A stretch of 64,000 nucleotides of DNA, from the NCBI RefSeq assembly GCF_000143415.4, contig NW_003314292.1, positions 1,061,498-1,125,497 on the forward strand, written 5' to 3'. The notes under the pieces were generated by a model that was given only the letters and a program-made list of their open reading frames with translations, had not been told where the DNA came from and did not search any database. Both the position numbers and the translations under genes were made by a program. This stretch comes from Selaginella moellendorffii. Taxonomy: Eukaryota > Plantae > Lycopodiophyta. This document shows positions 10,627 through 24,099 of the stretch, piece by piece. Position 1 is the first letter of the stretch, and each line of letters opens with the position of its first letter.

Positions 10627-13495
10627 AGTACCTATAAAGCTTGTGTAAGGCCATAGTGTTTCGAAATGTTATCCCAAAGTTTTAAATGGTGGAAAGGAAG
10701 ATGAGCAATCCTCTTGCATAGTGACCAAAGGCATAATCACATGGTAAGGAAGTCTCAAAGGTCAGTGGGATATAGTGGTTGGGCCTTCGAGCCCTTACTT
10801 AGTGGTAGTGTTAGTGAACACAACCATGGATGGAGAAGGACTTGATGGGGACCAAAGAAAGGATATCAAGGAAAGGTGTTCTCTATGTCTTTAGGCATCT
10901 TAAGGATGCTAAAGGGTGATTCTAGGATGATTACTCGTGGATGAAGGACCCATTCTTTGAAAAACAAAACTATGGTATAGCTTTGGATTATATCTATTTA
11001 CCCTTGTCTCATTAGTGAGCACTTGGATCAAGTGCAAAAGTTAAGTGGTGCCATTTATGGGGTTAGCATATCCCCAAGTCCGGAATAGAACTTATAAAGG
11101 TTATGAGTGAGACTTATCCAAGTGGTCAAAAGTGTAGTTAAATGAATGGAAAATTTAATTGCTTATATGATAACAATCTTTCATAAGAGTGATTTTGTGA
11201 TGTATTTATGTTTTTTCTTTTTGTGGAAGTCAAAATTTGTGAGTAACTCCTACCTGGATGATTGTAGTGATGGTGATAGTAGTAGAGTTGGATAAGATTG
11301 TTTGCCTCACTCGATTGACATAGTGGTGACTATGATATGGGGAAAGGGTTTTGTAAAACTTGGAGAAGGGCTACTCTATTGTGGAGTCTATATGGTTGGC
11401 CATGCCTCAATAGCTTGTATTGACAATAGATTTGGCCTATCAAGATTTCCATTAAAAGGCTCCCAATCAGACATTCTTTAATCCCTAGTGCAATTTGAAT
11501 CCCAAACAATATGCTTCAAGGTAAGGAACCTTGTATATGCAATTAATTCTATTTGCTAATAGATTTTTTCTTATAATAAGAACAATGATTGTTGAGACTA
11601 TATTCAAGATGAACTTATGGGTTTATTTGTTTGGTTTGTGCAAAGATCTCTATTAGCTGTTTAAAAATATGGCCAATTCTTAAATAGAGGTATTACAACC
11701 CACCTTTATGTATTTTTTTGGTAAGAGTAGTTGTTCTTTGTTTTCCTTGGCTAAGTCTAATTTTTTATTTGTTTAGAATATGATATTCTTAACTCTTTCA
11801 CTAGCAACACTCTCTAGTTTTCCTCTAAAGAGAGACAAAAGCCAAGTAAGATTTCTTAGATTTCTCAAAAGTGTTGCATTAATGCTTCCACAGAAAAATT
11901 TAATTTTTATGTGTGATTGCATGATTTAGTGATTTGTTGTAGCCTATGAGGTTTGAGGACAACAAGAACATCACAATGATGCTTCCACAATGATCTGAAG
12001 ATGATGTTCTAGTTAAATCTTCATTTGTTGGTAATCAAGAGCTAAGATTTTCCTAGAAACTAGGGTCTAACTCTAGTTCAAATCAGGGGGATTTGCAAGA
12101 GATTTGTCCAGGAAAGTGTGTGCTACAACTTGTGTAGACAATCGGAACCATTGGTTGTGCCGCTGGATGAGAGAGGAGCAAGGCAAGATTAGATCAGGTG
12201 AGGAAGTGGAGAGTGTTCTGAAAGGAGGTTGATGATCTGATCTACATTCAGATGGGTTGTAGCAATCACAAAGACATTTTTTGGATTGTGACAATGGTTG
12301 ATTCTGATCTTTTTGATCTTTGCACTACCTTTTATGGAAGTCATCTTCTGAATAGACAACTTCATGAGGTGCACTTGTAGTGTGTCAATTTTTATGAAAA
12401 TCACTAGGATTTTGCTAGGTTAGCACACAAATAGGAGCTGTGAACCCCATTCCTTCAGACAAGCAGTTGCAATCCATTTAATTCTTCATAGGCATTGATC
12501 TGGATCTAGAGTCACGCAGATCATTACCAATTAATACAAATTTAAAATATAAAACTGGAAATTTCAAAATAAATAATAAAATAATGTAATGTTTTTATTC
12601 AGATTACTTGCTCTTGAAATTTCTTCAAGATGGCTTATGCACAGACATCAGCTCACCAACTTCAAGTGGAAAGATTGGCTGAGTATAAGTTAAAAGGCCC
12701 CGGGTTTACATATCATAGCTATGACTGGAATGTCTCTAAGTTTTCATGATTAGGGACCACCACACTCACAAAGCCAGCCTAATAATTCATCACAAAAATC
12801 CAAACTTAAAACAGCTGAAAGGAAAAAAGCAAATATAAAAAGAAAAAACAGAACAAAACAAAACCGACACAAAATAGCAAACCTTGTGGAATACAGCTTT
12901 ACAGCAAGAAACAAGCAAAAGAAGAGTTCAAAGCACATTTTGTATAGTACTAGAGCAAGTATGTGGTGAAGAGGGCTCCTTTGTGGTGCTGTTTGCAGCA
13001 CTTGACCTATGGCTTTGAGAACACTATCAATTCACAAAAGTATTGTAGGTCAAACCACACAATAACTATTATAAGCAAAACAAGTGTTTAATTCATAGGC
13101 AAATGACATACACTTATATAGAAATTGGCTGGCCCATAAAATTGTTTATAGAGATTTTCAAGAGAACATAACATCATCTTGTTCTCAAGACCATCTTGCT
13201 CTCAAGCCATGGATGCGCCTGCAATGATTGAGCCAAGAACTATTGGCCACAAACAAAGCATCCCATGGAAAGGCAGTTATTTTGAAGAATGATGAGCAAG
13301 TGAAGGAATTTTTTCTAGGGGAGACACTCAAGCATACAGGCTTGCTAAAGTTCATGAGATCGAGTTGGCTGTTCTTTGTGAAGTTCATCACTAAGTTGTT
13401 TGGCTAAAATTTAAAACTTTAAAAGAGTTCATCATTTCCAGTTTATAGTTTTTATTTAGTTATTTGAATATATTTTTTTAAATTTTATTTCCCCA

Positions 13496-13500
<5 letters not shown>

Positions 13501-13552
<52 letters not shown>
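13501..13552. repeat. (GA)26 microsatellite
   Basis: Perfect dinucleotide run. Confidence 0.98.
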
Positions 13553-13555
<3 letters not shown>

Positions 13556-14071
13556 TGAGTGTCTGGTCCACCTCAAGAGATCTCAATGCAATCCTGCACG
13601 GCCATTCAGCAAAAACTTTATCATACTGGAAATATAGCTCTAGAGCCCACAAACTGGGAGAATGCAAATTAAAAGGAAAAGATTTTACCATGTGGTCAAG
13701 TATAAAATTTTGCTTTAAGGAAATTCTTATAGCTTTCGAGATTATTTCGTTTCTGCAAAGGGCACACGATTGAAATTTTCACACTAGTTCCAGTAGAACG
13801 TGTCTGTATTTCTCATCCATGAAGCCGCTGCTGAGAACAAGGGCAAGGGTAGCAGAGACAGTTCCATCATGAATTTCTGGAAGGTCCTCACTTCTGACCT
13901 GCAACCCCTTCCAGATCATGCAATCTGGAGCATTCCATTTTTTCCTTTTGCATTGGTGGAACAAGCAGTGAAGACAATATTATTAATTGGGAGAAATATC
14001 TGCCTCAGTACTTAACCAGCAGGTTGAGTTTCTAAGCTGTGAAGGATGAGATACCATGTCTCATCAACATT

Positions 14072-14291
14072 AGTGACTGGAATCCACATGCTGATTTGCA
14101 GGCTCGTGCTCATGGGGTCAGACGAGCAAAGTAGGTATTAAAACTTGTTCCAGATGCTGTTACTCAAATTTTTTCATATGTCCAGGTGATGATCTAGATA
14201 GGCTCCGCTAATCAGTGCTTAGGGGAACTATTGAGGGGAGGATGATGAAGTTAACCAAGAAGAACATGGTGGTTGAGCATCTCGTGGCTGG
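14072..14291 (+). pseudogene. CHD3/PICKLE-type SNF2 helicase fragment
   Basis: Reads SDWNPHADLQA-RAH-GQTSK / VMI...RGTIEGRMMKLTKKNMVVEHLV, matching the PICKLE helicase C-terminal motifs, with deletions, a stop and one retained intron. Confidence 0.8.
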
Positions 14292-15313
14292 ACTATTCGC
14301 TCAAAATGCTTGGAAATGAGGGCTCGGGGTGTGAATACCTGAGCTGTATAATCTCACAGTTGAAGCTTTGGCTTTGCGGTGATATGGATGTCAAGAACCG
14401 GACCCGGAGCCACTGCCGCCGGTGGGGTAAGATGATATGATCTGGGGCTTGATGTCGTGGAGGCGCGCGCTGCTTTACAACCTTCCTTATGTTGGATTCT
14501 CATTGTCTTGTTAGAAAATGCAAGTTTAAATCAATGTGCAAGACAAATCAGGGGATGTGCCGGTTTGATCAGGGTGTTTTGGTCTACAAAGAAGATCAGA
14601 TCACATTGATGCTTCAACAGGTGCGTGAGAACAAACGATTTGACTAGTTCATCACTGCTTTTGACCCGTTTTCTCCTTTGCAGATCCTTGGCGTATCAGC
14701 ACACTGAGCAAGAAATATTTGAGCAGTACTTGTGGGGGTGACAATATAGGCAAAGTCTGGTAAGAACATTATGAATCCCTCGACATCATTGCTACCAAAC
14801 TCCATGGACCAGAACCTCCTCCAGATCAACAACAACAACAAGCAAGATGATAAAGTTTTTTTTTTCTCTGTTTTTTATTTTATTTTTCATTTTTAGATTA
14901 AAATAAAGCTGCTTAGTACATAAAACTTGAAAAACTATATTGATACAATGTTAGTGAGGCCCTCCAAGGGTAATAAGGTCCAAGAGTGACCAGAGGTTTA
15001 AATTCAGTATTGACATGATATAACACAAATTTGTTTTCAAACAACAAATACAAGAATTAAAATTTAAGACCGCCTTAGCCATGAAAATGTCTGTCAGATG
15101 ATGGCATTCCAAGATACACATTTCTCACGTTCATCTTCGGAACTGTTCTATGTGGAGTCTAAAACGCCCCTCAAAGTACCTATTCAGCGAGTAGATCGAT
15201 AATACTGTTGTCCAGGCATTGCAGTTGCGTGACGTGATCAAAAGGCAAGCTTCATTCTTTTGGTTTTCTCACGGAAAAGCCTTTTCTAGGTCCGTGTTTT
15301 CTTATGGTTGGCA

Positions 15314-16546
15314 ATGAGTCCTCCCTTGTGGAACAATCTTCTCGCAGCTTATGCAAAGGAAGGGCACTTCGATGAGGCCCGGAGGGCGTTCAAGAGAATG
15401 CCACAGTTCAGCATGGAGGCTTGCATTGCGATGTCCATCGCCTGCGTCAACAAAGGCAAACTCCAGTCCGCCCAGCGAGTCTTTGAGAAGTGCCACCACA
15501 AAGATATCCTATCCTGGAACTCTATCCTCGCAGCATTTGCAAGGAGCGGGCATCTCCTCGAGGCCAAGCTGGTGTTCAAGCGAATACCAAGACGTGATTT
15601 TGGATCCTTCAAAGGGATCATCGCAGCGTACGTGAAGAAAGGAAAGCCTCACAAAGGCAGGATGATCTTCCGAAGAATCCCGCAAACCTCACGGGTGTTG
15701 GATCCCGAGATATCGGAGATGCTGATCCGGGGATATGGAAGCCAGGGAATGGTGATGGAAGCCAAGAACGTCTTCGAGAGTATGCCTCAACCGAGCGCTT
15801 CGTGCTGGGCTGCCATGGTCGAGTGCTCCGTGAAGAACAAGCTGCTTGTCCAGGCCTCGTTGCTGCTAAACATTGCACCTCCACTCCAGGCTGCAGCTCT
15901 CGGGCGATTGATCCAAGCCTTTGGAGTGGAAGCCGGCGACTTCGACTCCGCCAAGAGACTCTTCGATGGCTTTCGCTCGGGATCCGGCGTGGAGGTCTGG
16001 AACACGATGCTTCGACTTTGCTGCACGGACGTCGGCAAGCTGGAGTTTGCAAAGGTGGTGTTTGACGCCATGCCCGAGCGGAACTTCTCGACGTGGGACT
16101 CCATCTTTGGTGCTTACTTGCGGCTCAAGAGCGTGGAGGAGTCGAGGATTCTGTTCGACAGTGTGCCGGAGAGAACAAGTAGCTGGTGGAGCTCGATGAT
16201 CTCCGCGTATACTCGGCAAGGCTATCCGGCTCAAGCGTTGAGGCTGTTCAAGCTCATGGACCTGGATGGATTCCGGCCCGACTATGGAACTTACGGCACG
16301 GCTCTTTTCGTTTGCTCCAGCGATGCGGACAAGGATGTCGTTCGTAAAGCCATGAGAATGTCCAAGCAACAGAGAGCCCGAGAGACCGCTCCAGTCGACA
16401 TTTCTTCTCCAGTCGATTCTCAGTCGATCTTGGAACCATGTTACGAGTTGGATCTACCATCGCCACAGCTTGCAAAGAAACAAACCAGACAAAAGCCACC
16501 ACCTGGGACAATTTCGAAGAAACAATTCAAAGAACGGGAGAGCTGA
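15314..16546 (+). CDS. Pentatricopeptide repeat protein (PLS-like short repeats; no E/DYW domain seen)
   Basis: Intronless ORF with repeats such as SWNSILAAFARSGHLLEAKLVFKRIP and WSSMISAYTRQGYPAQALRLFKLMDLDGFRPD. Confidence 0.9.
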   Translation: MSPPLWNNLLAAYAKEGHFDEARRAFKRMPQFSMEACIAMSIACVNKGKLQSAQRVFEKCHHKDILSWNSILAAFARSGHLLEAKLVFKRIPRRDFGSFKGIIAAYVKKGKPHKGRMIFRRIPQTSRVLDPEISEMLIRGYGSQGMVMEAKNVFESMPQPSASCWAAMVECSVKNKLLVQASLLLNIAPPLQAAALGRLIQAFGVEAGDFDSAKRLFDGFRSGSGVEVWNTMLRLCCTDVGKLEFAKVVFDAMPERNFSTWDSIFGAYLRLKSVEESRILFDSVPERTSSWWSSMISAYTRQGYPAQALRLFKLMDLDGFRPDYGTYGTALFVCSSDADKDVVRKAMRMSKQQRARETAPVDISSPVDSQSILEPCYELDLPSPQLAKKQTRQKPPPGTISKKQFKERES

Positions 16547-16655
16547 AAGGAGGCCGTTCTTACTTTTGGTGGAGGACGAAACGTTACAGGCACTCACAAA
16601 AGCCTGAAGATCTTCTTGGCTAACTCCTCTTTTCTCTTTTTTTTTTTTTTTCCTT

Positions 16656-18154
16656 CTACTCGACAACAGCAAGGCTGGAGAGTAGCAGGCTGGCCTTTTG
16701 TATCGCTCTGGGAAGCTCTTGCATCACCTGAGAAGATTAAAAGGCAAAGTGAAGAAGGGAAGAGCGAATTGCGAAGTTACCTCCTCGCGATCGTCTTCAG
16801 CAGTGATGAGGTGGCCAACTTGGTTGAAGGCAGCAATGAGAACTTTGATCGGATCTTTCACGCCCTGTGCACGAGAAGAACTTTGCTGGAGCTTCGAAAA
16901 GTTTCGGTACGTTTACCTCTGGATAGACGTGGTAAAACGAGAATGCCTTGCGCTCGGACAAAACTGGAAGACACTCTACAGCCTTGGCACCAATTCGCAT
17001 TCCTGTTTTCCAGCCCAAGAAACTTGTCAAAAATCTATCAAAGTTTTGTTCTCCTCGTACCTGTTGATAGATGTGAGACGTTTACGCCAAAAATGTGTGC
17101 CAGGAGTCTGAGACGTTTCTCTCTCGACTTTTCTTCGCTTTGGCCCGGCGATGGATTTGCTAATTGCTCAATGTACTGCAGAAAAAGTAGCCACCATTTT
17201 TCCAAGTGTGAGTGTTTCATACCTTCACATAGGCAAGCGTTTGAGTGTTTGGTTCTGGCAGAGTGGACAACGAGCTCTCTTTTTGCATCGCTGTTAGATC
17301 CGCTTCAATGGCCTGTTGGTTTTCATAGTTTCGTGGTCTCATGCATGCTTACGAGAACAAAAAAAACTTGGAGGAAAGCTTACCGAGGAACGATTCAAGC
17401 CTAGTTTGTCGTTGAAAATGGCAACGCTGTCTTCGATAGCAGCACAGATTTCGATGGCACTGCCTAATGCGCGGTACACTGCGCGCTAAGAAATACCACG
17501 AATCCATCAAAGTTTTCGTGTTCATGGTAGAGAAAGAAAAGGAGAAAACACTGACCTGGTCGACAAGGTATTGCACATATTTCTTCTCTCCAAACTTCCA
17601 TTTCTCGAATGGAGGAAGCTTTCGCGGCTGCACAACCGCAATGTCTCCCTGCAAAACAAATCTCATTAACTTCGTTCTTCTTCTTCTTTTTTTTCTAGCA
17701 AAAATACCTTGCTTTCCAAGAGCTGAATTCGCTTCACAAGTTGCTCGTAGAATGGCAAGTCATTCCCAAAAGAGCTGGCCGATGGACTAAAACTCTTGAG
17801 CTTGAGCTTCTCAAGGTCCTCTGGATTCTCTCCTCCGTCCCACGACTCTACTTGCACAAAATCCACCTTTCCTTTCGCTGCGACCTCGGGATCAATGTGC
17901 AGCCTTCTCTTCCGGTGCTTCACTTCCTAAAGGAAGCAATTGCTTCTGCAAAGAACAAACAAAGCACAAAGAAAGTTCTATACCTTCTCCACTTCTTTCA
18001 CCACACTCTTGAGCTCCTGCTGCTTTTTCGTAGCTGCCTCTTTCTTCTGTGGAGCACTCTGGCCAAATCCTCGTTTCGGAGGAATAGAATTTGTCACAAC
18101 GAGCTTAAGTTTCACTGTCGGTGGCATAAGCGTCGAGATTGCAATATGCGCCAT
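16656..18154 (-). CDS. Divergent heme-oxygenase-like protein, probably plastid-targeted (about 9 exons)
   Basis: Hand-spliced exons give YVQYLVDQ-RAVYRAL, LGLNRSSAIEADL, LPEPNTQTLAYVKYIEQLA, LLAHIFGVNVSHLSTGMRIGAKAVE and FSFY, colinear with plant HO1 (HY1) motifs; the frame stays open. Confidence 0.75.
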
Positions 18155-20282
18155 GGTGAGAGGACCTATATCCACAAACAAAACCGCAAATTCTACATGG
18201 GCGGGCCAGAAATGCCAATGCAGAATCCGAGAGTGATCTCGCTCACCGAAATGCGCCTACTCCAAACTTCTTTTTGGTTGATCCATCCAGATAGGTTTTT
18301 CAGAAAGGTTTTCTACATGGAGCCTGAGTTAAGCCAAGCCAACTACTAATGAATATAAATTTAATATAATAGTTTTCTTGAGACCAACAGATTCTTTCAT
18401 CTTCTAAAATTAAATTCTAAACATTGAGAACTAGCTTTAGATTCTATGTGGAAGCTTTAGATACGTTAACTTTTAAAAACTAAATGACATAATTGAAACT
18501 ATTATTATATATTTAAGATCACCTATTTTTGTCATGAATGTGATTATTGGTACTATAAGTTATGTGTCAATGAGTCTTTTTGGATATTATTATCTTCTAT
18601 GACAGCAAAAAATAAGTATTGTTATACTCTTTATTAATATCATTTGTAGTTATTCAGCATGGCACTAGTGGATTGTTTTTAAACATGATTATGAATGATC
18701 AATTAAGGTTGTATGGATTAGTTTATTAGTTCAATTAGTTATTGTTATAAACTTTTATTAGATTGGATTGAAGGTAGTGCAAACGCAAGTTTAAGGTTTA
18801 ATTAAGTTGAGTCCGAAAAGAAAATTATCAGAGATAAAGGATTAAATATGTAAATCATCTTCTTTTATTTAAAACAATAATCTGCAACAAAGTGTAATTT
18901 CATTATTCATATTTACATTATGCAATCAAGAATCCCTACATGTTAGTTATAATTGTCTTATAAATGGTGTGCCATGGATTGGATAGTGGTGAAGTGCTAA
19001 ACTATTTTGCTTAAACATGCTCACAAAAGACTTTCATTGTAATGCTCAATTCTTTTTAAAGAACTTTGTTATTGCTCCTTGGGTAACTTAGTGTTAGATT
19101 ATTTTTGAGTTAGACAGACAATAATATATACTTGTCTACGTTATAAATGAAGTGAGTGGTATTAAGTGTTATAAATCTATATCAATGAAGTGTGGCATTT
19201 ATGTTACATTTTATCATTTGAGTCAATACTTGATACTAGTATAAACCTTTATAGTAGTGGTATAGGCTTAGTTTGTGATATCATTTGATTGATTATCAAG
19301 TTATTTGATTTTTATATCATGTTTTTTGTGATCATGAGCAATGTATTTACAAAGTTACTTAATCAAACAATAATCAACACTAAAAGGGTTGATGGTGATG
19401 CTAGTTTATTTGCAAGTAATAGCATTATTTTTCATGATCCATCATGTTAAGCTGGTGTTAATACCTTGGTTCCTTGAGATTTTGTCCATTAAAGTTTTGG
19501 AAAAGTTGTAATATTTATTTACTATAACTTGTTGGTGAATTTATAGGTTGTTGATTGTTGATGGGTAAATTGTTAACTAAAGAATGTGTGAAATTAAGGT
19601 AATTGCATTGTTAACACTTATGATAATAAAAGTGGCATTGTTACATCAAATGATAAGGAGTTTTTCTTAGAGCTTGATTTTTCATGTTATTTCTCTTGTT
19701 AATGTTTTGGCTACATACTAGATTTTAAAAGTGATTGAAGAAGAGTATTAGTGCAATATAAATATCCAAATATATAATCTTTATGATTGAGTATTAGGTA
19801 TTCATTTTGGATGTCAATATCAAATATTGAACCATTCTATTTTCATAAAGTTATTATAAACTAATCAAGGGTTGAAGTTGAGTTTAGTTGCCTTAAACTT
19901 TATTTGGTAATCTGAATGATGTAACTTGAAAGGAAGGCAATTAAGTTGGATAAAGTTTAGAGTTAGCGTAGAAAAGTGGTTGATACTTATACCTTCTTCT
20001 TTAGTATTATACTTAGTGGCAAGTTGTATTTTATATTGGATTAAACTCTAGGAAAGTAGTAAGCTTTCACTAATCTTGACTTAGTCTTTGTGGCCTCTCA
20101 CCTAATTGAGGATAATGATGTTTAACTTAATTGTTTGTAGTTAAATTATTAGTATTCATACTGTAGCTTTGTCTATTAAGAGGTTGTGTACATATATAAA
20201 TCCCATCTTATAGTCTTTACTTTAGTTTTAGGTAAGTGCTAATTATTTATAACTAACCCATAAGTTTTTTAGTTATGCTTGG

Positions 20283-21476
20283 TGTCACGAATGTGATTTT
20301 GGGTATCGAAAGTTACTTGTCAACTAGTCCTTACGGACACTCTTACCTTACTGCCACGATAGCAAGAGGTCAATATTACTAGTTCCCTTTATCAGCCCCT
20401 CTTGTTCAAGTGTTAGTAAACTGGGCTTAACACCTATACTTAGCCAGATGGACATAAGGTAGGAACTCCTATGTGTTTTTAGCTGAACATACTCGGCCTA
20501 GCTCTTAGTTCTCTTTTGCTCTGTCTTGCACTGGCTTGACAAGAACCCTCGTGTATTGAAATTGATCTCTCAATATCACTGGATGATAGCTTACCGTGTC
20601 TACCAAACACCCTCACTATCATGCCCTTTGTGTTAGTCTCATTTCGGTCCCAAATATTATTTATAGAAAGTGTCTAGATTTGCTCATTTGACATATCTAC
20701 AGAATGTAGAGATTGTCCTGAACACAATGGTGTTCGTCCCGTATCCAAATTCACAATCTAGCGATATTCCATAATTAGTAAGTTTCGAGCTTGTCTCAAA
20801 GACGAACTCCTAATACTAAGGGAAGCTTGGGGTGAAAGCCCAAAACGTGTGTTTCTGAGGGGGGCGGGGGGGGGGGGTGTGGGGTTCCAAATAAATAGTA
20901 GGGATAATGGGTAGGTCGGGCCCTGAGGCATAGTCTAGCTCCCATTTGCGTGCCTGTCCTTGTTCTGTGTCCGGTCTAAGCCCAAGTTCCATTCCATGCT
21001 AGCTGGTAGAGTACCCATATTCTTGCGTTAGGCCACCAGTATGCCGAAATAGCGCCAAACTTCATTTAGCTCCGTTTTGCGTGCTAGTCCTGGCATTGGG
21101 ATGCTGGTTGCTTTAAGACTGTTCCAAGTCGCTCCGAACTCCTGTCCCTTCGCTCCTTAGGCTGTATGCTCAGAAGTTGCTCCATAGTTCGATTTTGTCA
21201 CTCCTTGGCTCCATACTTGGGAGTTTGGCACCATTCCTTCATTCAATGGCCCAAGGCCCTGAACCTTGGATTCTACACCACTGTCCCTTGGACATGTGGC
21301 ATATGTCATGTTTTGGTTCCACTTCATGGTGTTATCATATGGTAAATCACCATAGGATAAAGGGTCAAAACCATGTGTGCTACACTTGGACCTATTGACT
21401 AAACATGTTATGAATTCTTGTTATATAATTAGATCCGAGTAATCTATAAAAGTGTAATCTAGTTCTTATAGTTACA
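20283..21476 (+). mobile_element. Probable LTR of a second retrotransposon family, abutting the gap
   Basis: Starts TGTCAC and ends GTTACA (~1.19 kb); shares a GGGGTGAAAGCCCAAA / poly-G / TATA-like block with the LTRs above. A decayed copy of its 5' end starts at ~18530. Confidence 0.6.
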
Positions 21477-21478
21477 TT

Positions 21479-21662
21479 NNNNNNNNNNNNNNNNNNNNNN
21501 NNNNNNNNNNNNNNNNNNNNNNNNNNNNNNNNNNNNNNNNNNNNNNNNNNNNNNNNNNNNNNNNNNNNNNNNNNNNNNNNNNNNNNNNNNNNNNNNNNNN
21601 NNNNNNNNNNNNNNNNNNNNNNNNNNNNNNNNNNNNNNNNNNNNNNNNNNNNNNNNNNNNNN
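21479..21662. other. Assembly gap
   Basis: 184 N. Confidence 1.
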
Positions 21663-24099
21663 ATTCTCTAGAGGCTTAAACAAAAGTATCATAAGTACTT
21701 CAAACCTTAGTTAAGATAAGGAAGAGAAAGTTAGAAAAAATTGTTTTTCATATAACTACATTAAATTAAGAGCTTGTATATTATAGTGGTATATAAAAGT
21801 GATAAAAACTTCTTATAATTACCCTAAAACTACATTATAATTTTTATACAAAAATATTTAATTAATTTCTAAACTAGTTTTATGATATTTTTAAATAAAA
21901 ATAGTTTCATAATTTTAAATTTTTCCTATAATTAGTTGATTTTTATAAATAAAATTTTAATAATTTTTATTACTTTATACCTCTTTATGTACTAATACAA
22001 TCACCCCTTTGGAAATATAAATTTTTGTTGTTTAGAAATATTTAGGATTTAAGGTTTAGGGTTTATAAAAAATGATCAATACTTAGACTTTTACTCATCT
22101 AGATTAGTTAGAGGAGGGGACTTTTTACTAGAAAGGAGAGGATTTTTTTTTCTTTTTAAGAAGGGAATTTACTTTTGTTATGGACTACTTGGATTATTAG
22201 GTAATGGTGAAAAATCATTTAGAGTGTTTAGTAAATTAGTAGTTGGTGAATCTCAAATTTAGAAAACTCGAAAGGTTGAAAAGCACAAGTAAACACACAT
22301 TGCCTTCTCCCACCTTGAAGTGTTAATATAAAACTTAAGAATATATGTTGAAAGGTAACAAGCATTGATATGGTTATTCACAAATTTGAAACAAATGTGG
22401 GGTAGTTAGTAAAAGGAAGTATAACAAGAATACACCCCAACCTACTTAAGATTGAACATTATTTTGGCTGGAGCTGGCAATCTTGTTAACTATCAATACT
22501 TAATATTTCAAACACTTATAGAGATTGATACACATTTGGAATGTGACTGTTAACTTTCTTTAACCTATGTATCTATATAACTAAAATTAAACTTTCAATC
22601 TATAAAAAAAATTTGCCAATTGTAAACCTATAAAATACCATTAATCTTATATGGATCCTAACCTTCACTCAAAATAGCTTATTGCATGCCATTAAAAGAT
22701 TGAGAGGGCTCATTAAGAATTGAGGGAACAATCCTGCTAAATGGGAGTGGAATTGAGATAGAAGGAACAAGTAGTAAGTTCTCAATTTTATTCATGCCTT
22801 ATATATGCATGTCATATGTGTTAAATTTCCTTCTCTCCTTTCATAACAACTAATGCACATGCAAGTTTTACTAGACAGCTATTAAATAAGATAAAAATTT
22901 ATCAAAATATTTCAACAAGACATAGTTAAAGAAATTATCTTTTGACAGTTACCCCACTATCTTGGCTGGCAACTCTTCAATATTATAGAAGATTAGTACT
23001 GCCCAGAAAATGCTGGGTGAATACAAAAATCTCTAATTGAATGCAATTTATTTCTGCAATTTTGATATCTTTATGACATTGTCCTCTTTTATTTGGCTTG
23101 TATTCTATATAAAAATATAGTTATAATTGTCATATACCTGGACAATATGAACCATCTGTTGTATTATGAGTCTTGATATCTCACTATGTTTTAAAATTTT
23201 AAGAACATTAATATATTACTTAGACAAAGTAGAAGAACAATTATAAAGAATATTTTTATTAATATAGATGCAGTATTACTGAAGAACTTTAGAACACAAA
23301 GATATTAAGTATACCAACATATTACTATCTAAGAAAAAGTAAAAATAATTACCAGGAATAATTATTATTAATATAGATGTAGGAAGGAAACTTAATTATA
23401 TGGAATTTTTATAGCACTAAGATTTTAAGAACTTAGTCATGGCTCCATAGACTTACATGTCATTCCCAAGTAAAGAGCCATACCCAAACTTCTATATACC
23501 CAATCTTAGATTGCAAGAAAAATAGTTACATCCAAGCCTCCCTGAGCAAAGATCCTATGGCAATGGGATTTGTAATGATTATCTTTCTAAATCTTGCATT
23601 AATTAGTAAAATACACAATGTTTTCTTAAGTAGACTAAAATCCTTCTAAGACATTTAAATTTAAATGATAGCCTACCTGTCTACTTATTTGCCAGAATTA
23701 TTTTGACTTTTTTAATACTTAATACACTTCATAGATTAATATAAAAAAAGTACATCTATTTTTAATTTGAAAGGTTGTTTCTATATTTGTTGTTGTGATC
23801 ATGGAGCTACATTCTTGATAAGACCAAGCCAACCCAGCCATGTTTGAGCTGTGGAATGTCATCTTGGTTTTAAATTTAACTCTGATACCTAGATTACAGG
23901 CAAATGCATATTGCTGGATCAGTACAGACAAAGGAATGAAGAATTGTCATGTAGAATTGCTCAAAGCCATGGCTGCCAGGTTCAAGGCGACAGGACACTC
24001 ACCGCCATGGTCATGGAGCTTTCATACCGGAGTGTTGCTTGGAGAGTGTGCTGGGAGCTTCAAAACTGTAGCTGTATTATAACCCTCCCTGTTTATTCT

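Noticed and set aside
10630-12500. Possible Ty1/Copia relic (DDYS-like word at ~10926)
   Set aside because: Too degraded to support by eye; needs TBLASTN against integrase profiles.
16616-18349. Plus-strand ORFs of 262 and 202 aa
   Set aside because: Antisense shadows of the spliced HO-like gene.
18530-20280. Decayed retroelement interior
   Set aside because: Only the LTR-like start is recognisable; no protein motif could be read.
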